Notes under the pieces: model-generated | Seen by the model: only the letters and a program-made list of their open reading frames with translations | Told to the model about the DNA's origin: nothing | Databases searched by the model: none | Shown here: positions 1 to 9,745 of the stretch, piece after piece | How the letters are laid out: each line of letters starts with the position of its first letter | How positions within the stretch are numbered: position 1 is the first letter of the stretch | Origin: Actinomycetota bacterium | GTDB lineage: Bacteria > Actinomycetota > UBA4738 > HRBIN12 | Length of the DNA stretch: 64,000 bases | NCBI GenBank assembly: GCA_036556805.1 | Contig: DATBIS010000005.1 | Location: forward strand, 7,782-71,781 | Direction of reading: 5' to 3' | Made by a program: the position numbers and the translations under genes

Positions 1-18
1 ACCGCGGCGCCGATCGCT

Positions 19-2502
19 TTGGTCGGGCTCGGGGCGTACTTCGCGATCCGATGGCTCGTGTCGGTTCACCAGAAGTGGCAGACCATTGCGATCTTCGCCG
101 TTCTGTTGTTGTCCGACGTGCTCTGGTGGATCTTCGCGAACCCGCCGACATGGGCTGCCGTCGCGGCTGCCATCCTCCTAGCCATCCTTCTTGTCGTTGC
201 TCTGGGATCGCTTGTGCCGCGGCCGCGCGTACTAGCCCTCATCGCAGCTTCGCTTGGAACGCTCGTCGTGGTGGGCGCGCTGGGATGGGTGGAGCTCGAC
301 GGCCTGCACAACCGGTGGGTGAGCGAGCCCGCCCAGTGGATCGACGAGCCGACGCGCGTGGCGCTCGCGGCCGTGAACGAGGTCGTGAGCGACGCGGGCG
401 TTCGACCGAACGTGCTCGTCATGAACTACAAGGACGAGAACGACGAGACGAGAACGAACGTCGCCTACGGCTGGGCGAAGACGTTCACGAACGTGTTCCG
501 CACCGGCCTCCCCGGCGACGCGGCGCAGTACTCGGCCACGTACCTCGGTACCGTCGACAACTTCCTGAAGGGCGTTGCCACCGACGGCAGGAGCGAGGGC
601 TACGACGTCGCCTCGGACGCGTACTTCCGCGAGCTCCAGGAGCGCGAGCACACGTTCACGGCCGAGCCGGTCGTGTTCCTCTACTCGGGGTTCTACCGGG
701 GCGAGGTCGACGTCGACGCGGCGCTCGCGCAGGGAACCGAGATCGGTCCGGGCATCGTGGTCCTTCGCGGCGACGGGCTATACGTGCCGCCGCCCGACGT
801 GGTCGGGCGCGCGACCGCGGCCGCCGAGGCCGAACGCGCGGCGCTCGCGGGCCACGCCGGCGCGCTCGGCGATCCACTGCACCTGCTCACGGTGCTGTTC
901 GGGCTGTTCCTGCTCGCGGTGCTCCCCGGCATGATCGCGGCGCCGTTCTTCGAGCTGAAGGACTGGCCGAGCCGCATCGCGCTCGTTCCGGCGATGTCGA
1001 TCGTTCTGTCGCTCCTCGCCGGCATCGCCGTGCTCACGGTCTGGCGCGGACCCCTGTCCGCCGCGAAGGCATGGGGGGTCGTCGGGGTTTCGGTCGGCGT
1101 CGCGACGGCGCTCCGCGTCGGTGCGCCGGCGATCGTCCGGAAGCTCGCGAGCCTCGGGAACTTCTTCAACACGATGTTCTCGGCCTTCTCGAACCGCGAT
1201 TTCGCGGTGCTGATGGGCGTGCAGTTCCTCGCCCAGGCGGGGCAGGGAGTCGTGCAGGGCGCGATCGGCAAGTCGATCGCGTTCGGCGGGCAGAAGGGGT
1301 TCGACGTCTCCAACGTGCCCTCGGCCGACTACCTGTTGAAGGTGGTGCTCGCGCTGTACGTCCCGTACACGCTGCTGTCGCCGTTCATCGGGGTGTTCAT
1401 CGACCGGTTCGCACGGCGTCGCGTGGCGTGGTGGGCGAACCTTTCGGCGGCCGCCGTCGTGGGCGTGCTCGGCATCGCGGTGCTGCTGCCGCTGGGCGGC
1501 GAGACCACCGAGGGAAAGGTCGGCGCCACCGCCGCGCTCGTCGTGGCCCTGCTGGCCGCGCAGGCCGTCGTGCGCGTCGTGCTCGCCGTGAAGTCCGCGG
1601 CGATCCCCGACGTGCTGTCGGGCCGCGATCTGTTGCAGGGCAACGGCCTGTCGCAGGCCGGCGGCGCGCTCTTCCAGATCGTGGGCATCGCGTTCGGCAC
1701 CGTCGTCGCGGGGCTCGCCGGCGCGTGGATCGCCGTGGTGGGGGGCGCCGCCGTGCTCGTGGTAGCCGCGTTCGTGGCGCTGCGCATGCAACGCGTCGAG
1801 GCGCATGCCCACACGTCGTCGTTCGCGAAGGAGGCCTCGCAGGTCGTGCGCACGATCGGTGCCGGGCTCCGGGAGCTTGCCGCGCGTCCAGCGGCGGCGC
1901 TCGGGTTGTCGTCGTTCCAGATGCTCCGGTACCAGTTCTGGGGGTTCGGCCTGTTCGTGTTCGCGCTCTACGCGAAGAATCTCGTCGAGGGCAACGATGC
2001 CGACACGCTGTCGCTCGTGCTGTCGGGGATCGGCGGGCTCTTCGGAGGCGCGCTCGGCATGGTGCTCGCCCAGAAGTGGAAGGACCGGGTGCCTCCGATC
2101 CGCCTGCTGCTCGCGTCGATGGCGCTGCTCGGGGCGGGGACGCTCGTGCTGGGCGGCCTCGTCTCGGTGCCCGGGTTCGCCGGCATGCTGTTCGTGGGCT
2201 TCTTCGCGTTCTTCCTCGGCAAGATCTCCGTCGACACGATCACGCAGCAGGCGATGCCGGACGACTTCCGCGGGAGGGCGTTCGCGCTGTTCGACATCGC
2301 GTACAACCTCGGGTTCATCGTGCCGGCGCTCGTGCTGTCGCTGATCTGGATCGAGGGCGATGCGACCCGGACGCGCGTGATCCTCATCGGGTCGGGCGCG
2401 GTCTTCCTCGCGCTCACGGCCCTCGTCGCCTGGTGGGCCCGTTCGATCCGGGACCAGTTCGCGCCGCAGGACGATCGTCCCGTGCCCGAGCCCGCCGCCT
2501 GA
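19..2502 (+). CDS. Large polytopic membrane protein: N-terminal TM plus extracytoplasmic region fused to a C-terminal MFS-type transporter domain (possibly 5' incomplete)
   Basis: 827-codon ORF with coding-like composition. The C-terminal ~430 aa show a repeated hydrophobic-helix MFS pattern with a basic loop (DRFARRRV). The frame is open back to base 1 and the listed start is TTG, so the true start may lie upstream of the window. Confidence 0.7.
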   Translation: MVGLGAYFAIRWLVSVHQKWQTIAIFAVLLLSDVLWWIFANPPTWAAVAAAILLAILLVVALGSLVPRPRVLALIAASLGTLVVVGALGWVELDGLHNRWVSEPAQWIDEPTRVALAAVNEVVSDAGVRPNVLVMNYKDENDETRTNVAYGWAKTFTNVFRTGLPGDAAQYSATYLGTVDNFLKGVATDGRSEGYDVASDAYFRELQEREHTFTAEPVVFLYSGFYRGEVDVDAALAQGTEIGPGIVVLRGDGLYVPPPDVVGRATAAAEAERAALAGHAGALGDPLHLLTVLFGLFLLAVLPGMIAAPFFELKDWPSRIALVPAMSIVLSLLAGIAVLTVWRGPLSAAKAWGVVGVSVGVATALRVGAPAIVRKLASLGNFFNTMFSAFSNRDFAVLMGVQFLAQAGQGVVQGAIGKSIAFGGQKGFDVSNVPSADYLLKVVLALYVPYTLLSPFIGVFIDRFARRRVAWWANLSAAAVVGVLGIAVLLPLGGETTEGKVGATAALVVALLAAQAVVRVVLAVKSAAIPDVLSGRDLLQGNGLSQAGGALFQIVGIAFGTVVAGLAGAWIAVVGGAAVLVVAAFVALRMQRVEAHAHTSSFAKEASQVVRTIGAGLRELAARPAAALGLSSFQMLRYQFWGFGLFVFALYAKNLVEGNDADTLSLVLSGIGGLFGGALGMVLAQKWKDRVPPIRLLLASMALLGAGTLVLGGLVSVPGFAGMLFVGFFAFFLGKISVDTITQQAMPDDFRGRAFALFDIAYNLGFIVPALVLSLIWIEGDATRTRVILIGSGAVFLALTALVAWWARSIRDQFAPQDDRPVPEPAA

Positions 2503-2515
2503 GCCGTCGGCGGGA

Positions 2516-2803
2516 TCAGGCCGGCGGGTTCCCGATGATCTCCTCGAACTCCGGGAAGTACGTCGCGATCTGCGAGACGTCGAACGAGGCGAGGATCTGC
2601 TCGTTCGACTCGCGCGCGAGCAGGAACGCGAAGCACGCGCGCACGAACTCCTCAGGGGTTCGATAGCTCCTTCCCAGCCGCTCGAAGTCGCCGCGCGACA
2701 TCGTGACCGCGTGCCGGGTCTCGCGATCGCCGTCGCGTACCACCACCGAGAACCGGGACAGGAACTGCTCCACGTCGGCGCGGCTGATCTCGACCTCGGG
2801 CAC
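2516..2803 (-). CDS. Hypothetical small protein (95 aa)
   Basis: ORF with E/F/I-rich, non-artefact composition. GTG start at 2803 is preceded by GGAGGAG on the minus strand. I recognise no family. Confidence 0.6.
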   Translation of the reverse strand: MPEVEISRADVEQFLSRFSVVVRDGDRETRHAVTMSRGDFERLGRSYRTPEEFVRACFAFLLARESNEQILASFDVSQIATYFPEFEEIIGNPPA

Positions 2804-2876
2804 GGTCTCCTCCGTTGGGCACGCGGGCTGGCAGACTGAAGCCTACGGGACGTTTCGCCGCGAAGGAGCCCGTCCG

Positions 2877-3653
2877 GTGCCCGAGATCCAGACCGAAGAC
2901 GCCGTCCTGCACGTCGAGATCGACGGCGAGGGGGAACCCGTCACCGTGCTCGCGCACGGCCTCACGAACTCCTGCAACGAGCTCGCGGCGTTCACGCCGA
3001 TGGTGCCCGGGACCAAGGTGCGGTTCTGCTTCCGGGGACACGGGCACTCCTCGACGCCGGCGTCCGGTTACCGTTTCGCGGACTTCGCCCGCGACCTCGA
3101 CGCCGTGGCGGCCTCGTTCGGCGCGACCAGGGCGGTGGGAACCTCCCTCGGAGCCGGCGCGATCTGCCACCTGCTCGAGCGGCGCCCGGACCGCTTCGAG
3201 CGGCTCGTGTTCTTGCTGCCCGCGGCGCTCGACCTCCCCTTCGGTCATCGCGACGTCTTCCTGCACACCGCGAAGCTTCTCGAGACGCTTCCGAAGGACG
3301 AGGCGATCGAGGCGATCCTCTCCGACGGCGGCCGACTCGCGAAGTACGAGGAAGCGCCGTGGCTTCGGGACTTCGACCTCGCCCTGTGGGAGGAGATGAA
3401 CCCCGTTGGGGTCGCGCGCGCGATCCGGGAGGTCGTGGACGACACGGCCGTGCGGGACCGGGAGTCGCTTCGTGCGGTCTCGGCCCCCGTGCTGATCGTG
3501 TGCCGCGAGGGCGACCTGATCCATCCCGCGGAGCTCGGGCGGATCCTCGCCGGGCTCCTGCCCAACGCCGAGCTGATCGTGGCGGCATCGGAGGACGAGC
3601 TCATCGCCACGATCCCCTCGCTCGTCACGAGGGTCGCGGAGTTCCTGTCGTGA
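2877..3653 (+). CDS. Alpha/beta hydrolase
   Basis: HG motif (VLAHGLTNS) and nucleophile elbow GTSLG. GTG at 2877 lies 8 nt after GAAGGAG. The ORF-track start 2703 would overlap the divergent gene. Confidence 0.8.
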   Translation: MPEIQTEDAVLHVEIDGEGEPVTVLAHGLTNSCNELAAFTPMVPGTKVRFCFRGHGHSSTPASGYRFADFARDLDAVAASFGATRAVGTSLGAGAICHLLERRPDRFERLVFLLPAALDLPFGHRDVFLHTAKLLETLPKDEAIEAILSDGGRLAKYEEAPWLRDFDLALWEEMNPVGVARAIREVVDDTAVRDRESLRAVSAPVLIVCREGDLIHPAELGRILAGLLPNAELIVAASEDELIATIPSLVTRVAEFLS

Positions 3654-4573
3654 GCGTGGACGTCGCGACGCCTCGCCGGGCGACCGATCGACGTGGCGAG
3701 CTCGTCGGGTCGGCGCTGGGCGCCGCGATGGGCGTGCAGTTCTCGTTCGTCGTGATCCTCGGCAAGGACCTCCTCGAACAGCACGGCCATCCCTTCATCC
3801 TGCTGACCGCCCGGTTCGCCGCGACGGCGGTCGCGCTCGCGGTGCTCGCGGCCGCGACGGGCCGGCCGATCCTTCCGGCTCCGGGAGAGCGGCTGGGGAT
3901 CTTCCTTGCGGGTCTGCTCGGCTATGGGACGGAGTCGGCGTTCTACTTCGGGGCGCTCGCACACGGCAACGCCGGCGCCGTCACGCTGCTCTTCTACACG
4001 TACCCCGTGATCGTGATGGTGGCCTCGATCGCGATGGACGGCAGGATCCCCGCTCGGCTCGTGGCCGCCCTGCTCCTCGCGGTGGGGGGAAGCGCGATCG
4101 TGGTGGTGGGCGGCTCGCGACTCGAGATCCAAACAACGGGGATCGTGCTCGCGCTGTGCTCGGCGACCGCGTACAGCTGCTACCTGCTCGGCGCCGACCG
4201 CGTGCTCAAGCGAAGCCACCCGATGACGGCTGCCCTCTGGCTCGCCGGGGGCGCCGCGCTCTCGAACGCGACGTTCGCGCTCGCGTTCGGCGACAACGCG
4301 ATCCCGCAGGGCGGCGAGTGGTGGCAGGTCGTCGGCATGTCGGCGTTCACGGTCGGCGCGTTCGTGGCGATGCTCGCGAGCCTGCAGCGGATCGGCGCCG
4401 TGCGAAACGGCATCATCGGCGTCATCGAGCCGCTTACGGTTGCGATCCTCGCGTGGGTGTTCCTCAGCGAGCCGATCACGTGGTCGACCGGGCTCGGCGG
4501 CGTCTTGATCCTCGGCGGGGCGGTGCTCGCGATGCTGCTCCGGACGACCGGCATCCGCGAGCCGGACGTCTAG
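3650..4573 (+). CDS. EamA/DMT-family transporter
   Basis: Ten-helix hydrophobic pattern typical of duplicated EamA domains. GTG at 3650 overlaps the upstream stop as GTGA. Confidence 0.8.
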   Translation: MSVDVATPRRATDRRGELVGSALGAAMGVQFSFVVILGKDLLEQHGHPFILLTARFAATAVALAVLAAATGRPILPAPGERLGIFLAGLLGYGTESAFYFGALAHGNAGAVTLLFYTYPVIVMVASIAMDGRIPARLVAALLLAVGGSAIVVVGGSRLEIQTTGIVLALCSATAYSCYLLGADRVLKRSHPMTAALWLAGGAALSNATFALAFGDNAIPQGGEWWQVVGMSAFTVGAFVAMLASLQRIGAVRNGIIGVIEPLTVAILAWVFLSEPITWSTGLGGVLILGGAVLAMLLRTTGIREPDV

Positions 4574-4614
4574 GGCGTCGCTAGGCTGCGAGGCATGGCG
4601 GCAGGTGCGCGACG

Positions 4615-5994
4615 GTGAGCTCCGAGCGCCTCACCAGCCTCGACGCGAGTTTCCTCTACCTGGAGCGGCCGGCCATGCACATGCACGTGGCCGGCCTCTC
4701 GGTGTTCGCGCCGCGCCCCGACGGGTCGCCGCTGCGGTACGAGGACGTCGAACGCACGATCCGGGAGCGGATCCATCTTGCCCCGCGGCTCCGCCAGAGG
4801 GTCCTCGCGGTCCCGGGCGGGATCGCGCGACCGGTCTGGGTGGACGACGACCGCTTCGACCTCGACTTCCACCTCCGTCGCTCGGCCGTGCCGAGGCCGC
4901 ACGGCCGCCGGCAGCTCGAGCGCGCGGTCGGCCGAGTGCTCAGCCGGCAGCTGGACCGATCGAAGCCGCTCTGGGAGCTCTACGTGTTCGAAGAGCTCGA
5001 GGAGGGCCGTACCGCGGTGCTCTTGAAGATGCATCACGCGATGACCGATGGGATCTCCGGCATGCTGATCGCCTCGGCGCTGTTCGACCTCGCGCCGGGC
5101 GCCTCGGCCCCGCCGCCGGCGCCATGGCATCCCGCACACCCGCCGGCTGCGGCCGATCTCGTTCGGGAGGCCGTGCTCGAGCAGGTGGCGAACCCGTTCG
5201 GGATCGCTGAGTACCTCGTGCGGGCCCCGACCGAGGCCGCCGCCAAGATCGGGACGGCGATCGCCGGGGTGCGCGCGCTCGTGGGCATGGGCCGGCCTCC
5301 CCGGGGCCCCTTCGACGTCCGGATTGGGCCGAACCGGCGCTTTGCGATGACCGACGCCCCCTTCCAGCGGTTCCGAGACGTGAAGCACGGCCTCGGCGGC
5401 ACCGTGAACGACGTCGTGCTCGCCTGCGTCGCCGGTGGGCTGCACGACCTCCTCCGGTCGAGGAAGGAGCCGACGCGCGGCCGCACGCTCCGGGTCATGG
5501 TGCCGGTGAGCGTGCGCGCGAAGGAAGAGGCCGGCGAGATGGGGAACCGCGTCGCGCCGGCGTTCGTCGACGTTCCCGTCGGCGCGATGTCGGCGAGGCG
5601 TCGGCTCGCGCGCATCCGCGAGGCGACTTCCGAGCTCAGGGCGTCGCCGATGGCCGTGGGGGCCGGGACGATCATCGGCTGGGGCGCGTACGCACCCCCG
5701 GCCCTTCACGCCGCGGCCGCGCGACTGACGTCGCGCGGCCGCTGGTTCAACCTCGTCGTCTCGAACGTGCCCGCTCCGCAGGTGCCGCTCTACCTCGCAG
5801 GCGCGCGTCTCGAGGCGAGCTATCCCTCGATGCCGCTGAACGTGAACGCCGCGCTCTCGATCGCGTGCACCTCGCTCGCGGGGACGATGGCGTTCGGCCT
5901 CACCGCGGACTGGGACGCGATCCCCGATCTCGAGGTGTTGGTGGAGGGGATCGAGCACGCGCTCGACGGTCTCTCCGCCGAGGCGGCTCGCTAG
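4615..5994 (+). CDS. Wax ester synthase/diacylglycerol acyltransferase (WS/DGAT)
   Basis: N-terminal LDASFLYLE and catalytic HHxxxDG motif (HHAMTDGISG). Length 459 aa is typical of the family. Confidence 0.85.
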   Translation: MSSERLTSLDASFLYLERPAMHMHVAGLSVFAPRPDGSPLRYEDVERTIRERIHLAPRLRQRVLAVPGGIARPVWVDDDRFDLDFHLRRSAVPRPHGRRQLERAVGRVLSRQLDRSKPLWELYVFEELEEGRTAVLLKMHHAMTDGISGMLIASALFDLAPGASAPPPAPWHPAHPPAAADLVREAVLEQVANPFGIAEYLVRAPTEAAAKIGTAIAGVRALVGMGRPPRGPFDVRIGPNRRFAMTDAPFQRFRDVKHGLGGTVNDVVLACVAGGLHDLLRSRKEPTRGRTLRVMVPVSVRAKEEAGEMGNRVAPAFVDVPVGAMSARRRLARIREATSELRASPMAVGAGTIIGWGAYAPPALHAAAARLTSRGRWFNLVVSNVPAPQVPLYLAGARLEASYPSMPLNVNAALSIACTSLAGTMAFGLTADWDAIPDLEVLVEGIEHALDGLSAEAAR

Positions 5995-6875
5995 TCGATC
6001 CCCTCCGCGAACCAGTCGGCGACGGCGGAGAGCCAGCGCCCGGGCGCCTCCAGCTGCGGGACGTGGCCGAGGTCAGCGAACAGCCGGTACCGCCACGCGG
6101 GATGGGCGGCGATCGCGGCCTCCGCCCACGCGACCGGCACGAGCCGGTCCCGGCGCCCGTGGAGGACCAGCACCGGACACGCGACGCCGTCCATCACGCG
6201 ACGCGCGATGTCCGGCCGGCGTCCCAGCCGGAGCATCGAGCGCGCGGCGCCGAGGAACGCTGCCGGCGCCTCCGGGTCCGCGCGACGCTGCCGCTCGAGC
6301 TCGATCGTGGCGCGGATCACGTCCTCCGGCACCGACCGAGGGTCGCTCGTGATCATGCGGAAACCCGCGCGCACGAGGGTCTCGACGTCGGCGCGACCGA
6401 ATCGGGCGCGCACGAACCAGTCGCCCAGGCGCGGGGTGCCGTACAGCCCGAAGACGGCCCCGACGGCGGGGTGCGGCGCGCCGCCGCGCATCGGGAGGAA
6501 GACCGAGGACGTGAGCGTGAGGCCCGCGACCGAGGCCGGCTCCACGACCGCCTGCAGCAACCCGAGCGCGCCGCCCATCGAGTTGCCGCACACGACGACG
6601 CGGCCGGTGGCGCGCTCCCGCAGGAAGCCGGAGAGCATCCGCCGCTGATCCATCAGCCCGCTCGGGCGGCCGGCGGCCGGCGTCGTCCCGAAGCCGATCA
6701 GGTCGACCGCGAGCACGCGTCCGAGGCCCGCGAGGCCCGGGGCGACGAGCGACCAGGTGAGCTGCGAGCCGCCGAGGCCGTGCACGAGCAGGAACGTCGT
6801 CGAGGGGTCGCCCTCCCATTCCCGGTAGGAGATCGGCCCGTCCAGGTCGGCCGTCTGCAACGGCGGCAGGTCCAC
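5991..6875 (-). CDS. Alpha/beta hydrolase
   Basis: LVHGLGGS oxyanion motif and GNSMGG nucleophile elbow. GTG at 6875 was chosen because the longer ORF (to 7190) overlaps the divergent AAA gene. Confidence 0.8.
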   Translation of the reverse strand: MDLPPLQTADLDGPISYREWEGDPSTTFLLVHGLGGSQLTWSLVAPGLAGLGRVLAVDLIGFGTTPAAGRPSGLMDQRRMLSGFLRERATGRVVVCGNSMGGALGLLQAVVEPASVAGLTLTSSVFLPMRGGAPHPAVGAVFGLYGTPRLGDWFVRARFGRADVETLVRAGFRMITSDPRSVPEDVIRATIELERQRRADPEAPAAFLGAARSMLRLGRRPDIARRVMDGVACPVLVLHGRRDRLVPVAWAEAAIAAHPAWRYRLFADLGHVPQLEAPGRWLSAVADWFAEGID

Positions 6876-6915
6876 GGCCGGCAGCCTAGCGGGAGCCGAT
6901 ATCGTTGGCGCCGTC

Positions 6916-8403
6916 ATGGACGGCACCACGGACCTCCGGCTGCTTCTCGCGTCTCGCCATCCGCTGATCGTCGCGCAGATGGACGACGAGGTGCGCTTCA
7001 TGGGGATCATCCGAAGGGCGGCGAGCGCCGCGAGCGTCCCCGTGTGGACCTGGTCGGCGACGCTCGGCCTCTGTCGTGACGGCATGAGCCAGCAGGTCGG
7101 CACGAACGACCCCAGGATCGCGCTCGCGTTCATCGCGGAGATCAAGGATTCCGGCGTCTTCGTGATGAACGACCTCCGACCGTTCCTCACCGACAGTCAG
7201 GTGGTCCGTCTGATGAAGGAGTTCGCCCAGCGGAACCTGCCCGGCCAGACCTTGGTGCTCACCGGCCCCTCTTCGGAGGTCCCCCCCGAGCTCCGCGGCA
7301 TCGCGCTTCCGTGGACGCTCGAGCCCCCGAGCCGCGACGAGGTCGCCGAGGAGGTTCGGCGCACGCTCGCCGACCTCACGGCTCGCCAGTTCACCGTGGC
7401 GCTCGACGAGAAAGGCATCGACGGGCTCGTCGAGGCGGTCCGTGGTCTCACGCTGCCCGAGGCCGAACGTCTGATCCTGCGTGCGGCGCTCGCCGACGGA
7501 AAGCTCGACACCGACGACGTCGCGGCGGTGCGCGAGGCGAAGGCCGAGCTGCTCGAGACCGACGGCGTGCTCGAGCTGATCCCCGGCGACGCGGGGTCGC
7601 TCGACAGCGTCGGCGGCATGGACAACCTGAAGGCGTGGCTCGCGACGCGCGGCCGCGGCTTCGAGCCGGCCGCGAAGCGCTTCGGCCTGGACCCCCCGCG
7701 AGGAGTGCTGCTCACCGGCGTCCCCGGCTGCGGAAAGTCGCTCGTGGCGAAGACGCTCGCGCGCACCTGGGGACTTCCCCTCGTCTTGCTCGACCCGGGC
7801 TCGATCTACGGCTCGTACGTCGGCGAGTCCGAGGCGCGTCTGCGGAGCGCGCTCAACACCGTCGAGGCGATGGCGCCCGTCGTGCTCTGGCTCGACGAGA
7901 TCGAGAAGGGATTCGCGGCCGGCACCGGCACCGGCGACTCCGGCGTGAGCCAGCGCGTGCTCGGCGCGTTCCTGCACTGGATGCAGGAGCGACCTCCCGG
8001 CGTCTTCCTCGTGGCCACGTCCAACGACGTCGAGCGCCTCCCGCCGGAGCTGCTGCGCCGCGGGCGGTTCGACGAGATCTTCTTCGTCGACCTGCCGACC
8101 CAGGCGGAACGGGAGGCGATCCTCCGTCTCCACCTGAAGAAGCGGCATCGCGACCCCGCCGGATTCGATCTCGCCGAGCTCGGCCGCGCCTGCGATGGCT
8201 TCTCGGGAGCGGAGATCGAGGGGGCGATCGTGGGGGCGATGTATCGCGCCTATGCGGCGGGGACCGACGTCTCCACGGACTCGATCCTGGAGGAGCTCCG
8301 GGACACGACTCCCCTTTCGCGGACCCGGGCCGAGGACGTCGAGGCGATGCGGGAGTGGGCGAGGGGACGGGCGACGCCGGCCACCACGCCCGACGCCGCC
8401 TGA
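6916..8403 (+). CDS. AAA+ ATPase, Ycf46-like architecture (N-terminal non-ATPase region plus one C-terminal AAA module)
   Basis: Walker A GVPGCGKS, Walker B VVLWLDEIE and an RRGRFDE arginine-finger region. A TATCGT hexamer ends 10 nt upstream of the ATG. Confidence 0.85.
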   Translation: MDGTTDLRLLLASRHPLIVAQMDDEVRFMGIIRRAASAASVPVWTWSATLGLCRDGMSQQVGTNDPRIALAFIAEIKDSGVFVMNDLRPFLTDSQVVRLMKEFAQRNLPGQTLVLTGPSSEVPPELRGIALPWTLEPPSRDEVAEEVRRTLADLTARQFTVALDEKGIDGLVEAVRGLTLPEAERLILRAALADGKLDTDDVAAVREAKAELLETDGVLELIPGDAGSLDSVGGMDNLKAWLATRGRGFEPAAKRFGLDPPRGVLLTGVPGCGKSLVAKTLARTWGLPLVLLDPGSIYGSYVGESEARLRSALNTVEAMAPVVLWLDEIEKGFAAGTGTGDSGVSQRVLGAFLHWMQERPPGVFLVATSNDVERLPPELLRRGRFDEIFFVDLPTQAEREAILRLHLKKRHRDPAGFDLAELGRACDGFSGAEIEGAIVGAMYRAYAAGTDVSTDSILEELRDTTPLSRTRAEDVEAMREWARGRATPATTPDAA

Positions 8404-8724
8404 GACCACGGAGCGCGACCGACCCGAACCCGATCGAGCGCGGCGCCGAACGTTCCATCGGCGGGAACATCGGCGGGCCGGGAAGCGTTTGCCCAGGTAG
8501 CCACGGAACAACGGGGGTGTGATCGGTGGCGGGCGGTCTTCACAGGACCTTCACGACCCGCGAGCTTTACAGGGCGAGCGGGGACCCCTTACCATATGAA
8601 CGAGCGGCCGACAAAGGCGTTCATGCCTGCACGCCCGTCCGCCTTGCACGACGACCGAGTCCCGAAGACCGGCACATGCTGCAGCCTGCGGCAGGGCGGC
8701 TTCGAGGGGGAGAGTGATACGTAG

Positions 8725-9657
8725 ATGCCGGAGCCAGCGCGCCCTCTGGGCACCGATGACGCCGACGACCTTCGCCTCTACCTGGAGGCGGCGGCCCGCG
8801 AGCCGCTGCTCACCAAGGAGGAAGAGGTGGAGCTGGCCATGACGATCGAACACGGCAAGGAGGCCGAAGATCGCCTCCGCGCCGGCCGCCTTCGCTCGGA
8901 GAAGTCCATCGCGAAGGCGCGCTCCGACGTGCGCCTCGCCGAGGCGGCGCGCCAGCGTTTCATCATGGCGAACCTCCGTCTGGTGGTCTCGGTGGCCCGG
9001 AAGTACCAGGGCCAGGGCCTGCCGCTCCTCGACCTGATCCAGGAGGGCAACATCGGCCTCATGCGCGCCGTCGAGCTGTTCGACTGGCGCCGCGGGTTCA
9101 AGTTCTCCACGTACGCGACGTGGTGGATCCGTCAGGGAATCACACGCGCGATCGCCGATCGCTCGCGCTCGATCCGCCTGCCGGTCCACATCCACGATCG
9201 CCTGCGGAAGCTGAACCGCACGCGGTTCCAGTTCGCGCAGTCGATGGGGCGGGAGCCCTCGCGGGAGGAGCTCGCGAAGGCCCTGGACACCACCGTGGAG
9301 GAGATCGACGACCTCACCGAGATGGGACGCCGCGAGCCGCTGTCGCTGCAGTCCCCGGTGGGGGAGGACACCGAGCTCGGTGACCTCATCGAGGAGGTCG
9401 ACTCCGACGCGGCGTTCAACGAGGTCGAGGACGCCCTGCTCCGCGAGGAGATCGGCGGCGCCGTCGACCGAGTGCTCGACGAGCGCGAGCGCCACGTCGT
9501 GGCGCTCCGCTACGGACTGGAGAACGGGCAGCCCCTGTCGCTCAGGGAGACCGGCAAGGTGCTGGGCCTCTCCGGCGAGCGCGTACGGCTGATCGAGCGA
9601 GAGGCGCTGCGCAAGCTGCGCGACTCGAACCTGATCAGCGCGGTCGCACTCGGCTGA
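8725..9657 (+). CDS. RNA polymerase sigma-70 family factor (group 1/2-like, short N-terminus)
   Basis: Regions 2-4 are recognisable ([43 protein letters not shown]-terminal HTH). RBS GGGGGAGAG precedes the ATG. Confidence 0.9.
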   Translation: MPEPARPLGTDDADDLRLYLEAAAREPLLTKEEEVELAMTIEHGKEAEDRLRAGRLRSEKSIAKARSDVRLAEAARQRFIMANLRLVVSVARKYQGQGLPLLDLIQEGNIGLMRAVELFDWRRGFKFSTYATWWIRQGITRAIADRSRSIRLPVHIHDRLRKLNRTRFQFAQSMGREPSREELAKALDTTVEEIDDLTEMGRREPLSLQSPVGEDTELGDLIEEVDSDAAFNEVEDALLREEIGGAVDRVLDERERHVVALRYGLENGQPLSLRETGKVLGLSGERVRLIEREALRKLRDSNLISAVALG

Positions 9658-9674
9658 CCACCGGAGTCAGAAGC

Positions 9675-9703
9675 GAAGGCCGGGCGCGAAGCGCCCGGCC
9701 TTC
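9675..9703. terminator. Bidirectional hairpin between convergent genes
   Basis: Perfect 13-bp inverted repeat GAAGGCCGGGCGC-GAA-GCGCCCGGCCTTC between the sigma gene stop (9657) and the lipoprotein gene stop (9746). No clear T-tract. Confidence 0.5.
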
Positions 9704-9745
9704 GTGGTCTCCTCCGGCGGCCGACCGGCCGCCTCGTGATGCCTA

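Noticed and set aside
51-2666. Other very long alternate-frame ORFs (51-2666 +, 18018-20786 -, 51180-53348 -, 45741-46838 +, 14876-16528 -, and others)
   Set aside because: All are Arg/Ala/Gly/Pro-dominated and lack recognisable motifs. They overlap ORFs with strong family signatures and SD-supported starts.
8566-8595. Sigma-70-like promoter TTTACA-N18-TACCAT upstream of the sigma factor gene, and nearby inverted repeat ATGAACG-N15-CGTTCAT
   Set aside because: It is plausible but rests on a single weak match in a 320-bp region. Without TSS data I cannot support it as a feature.
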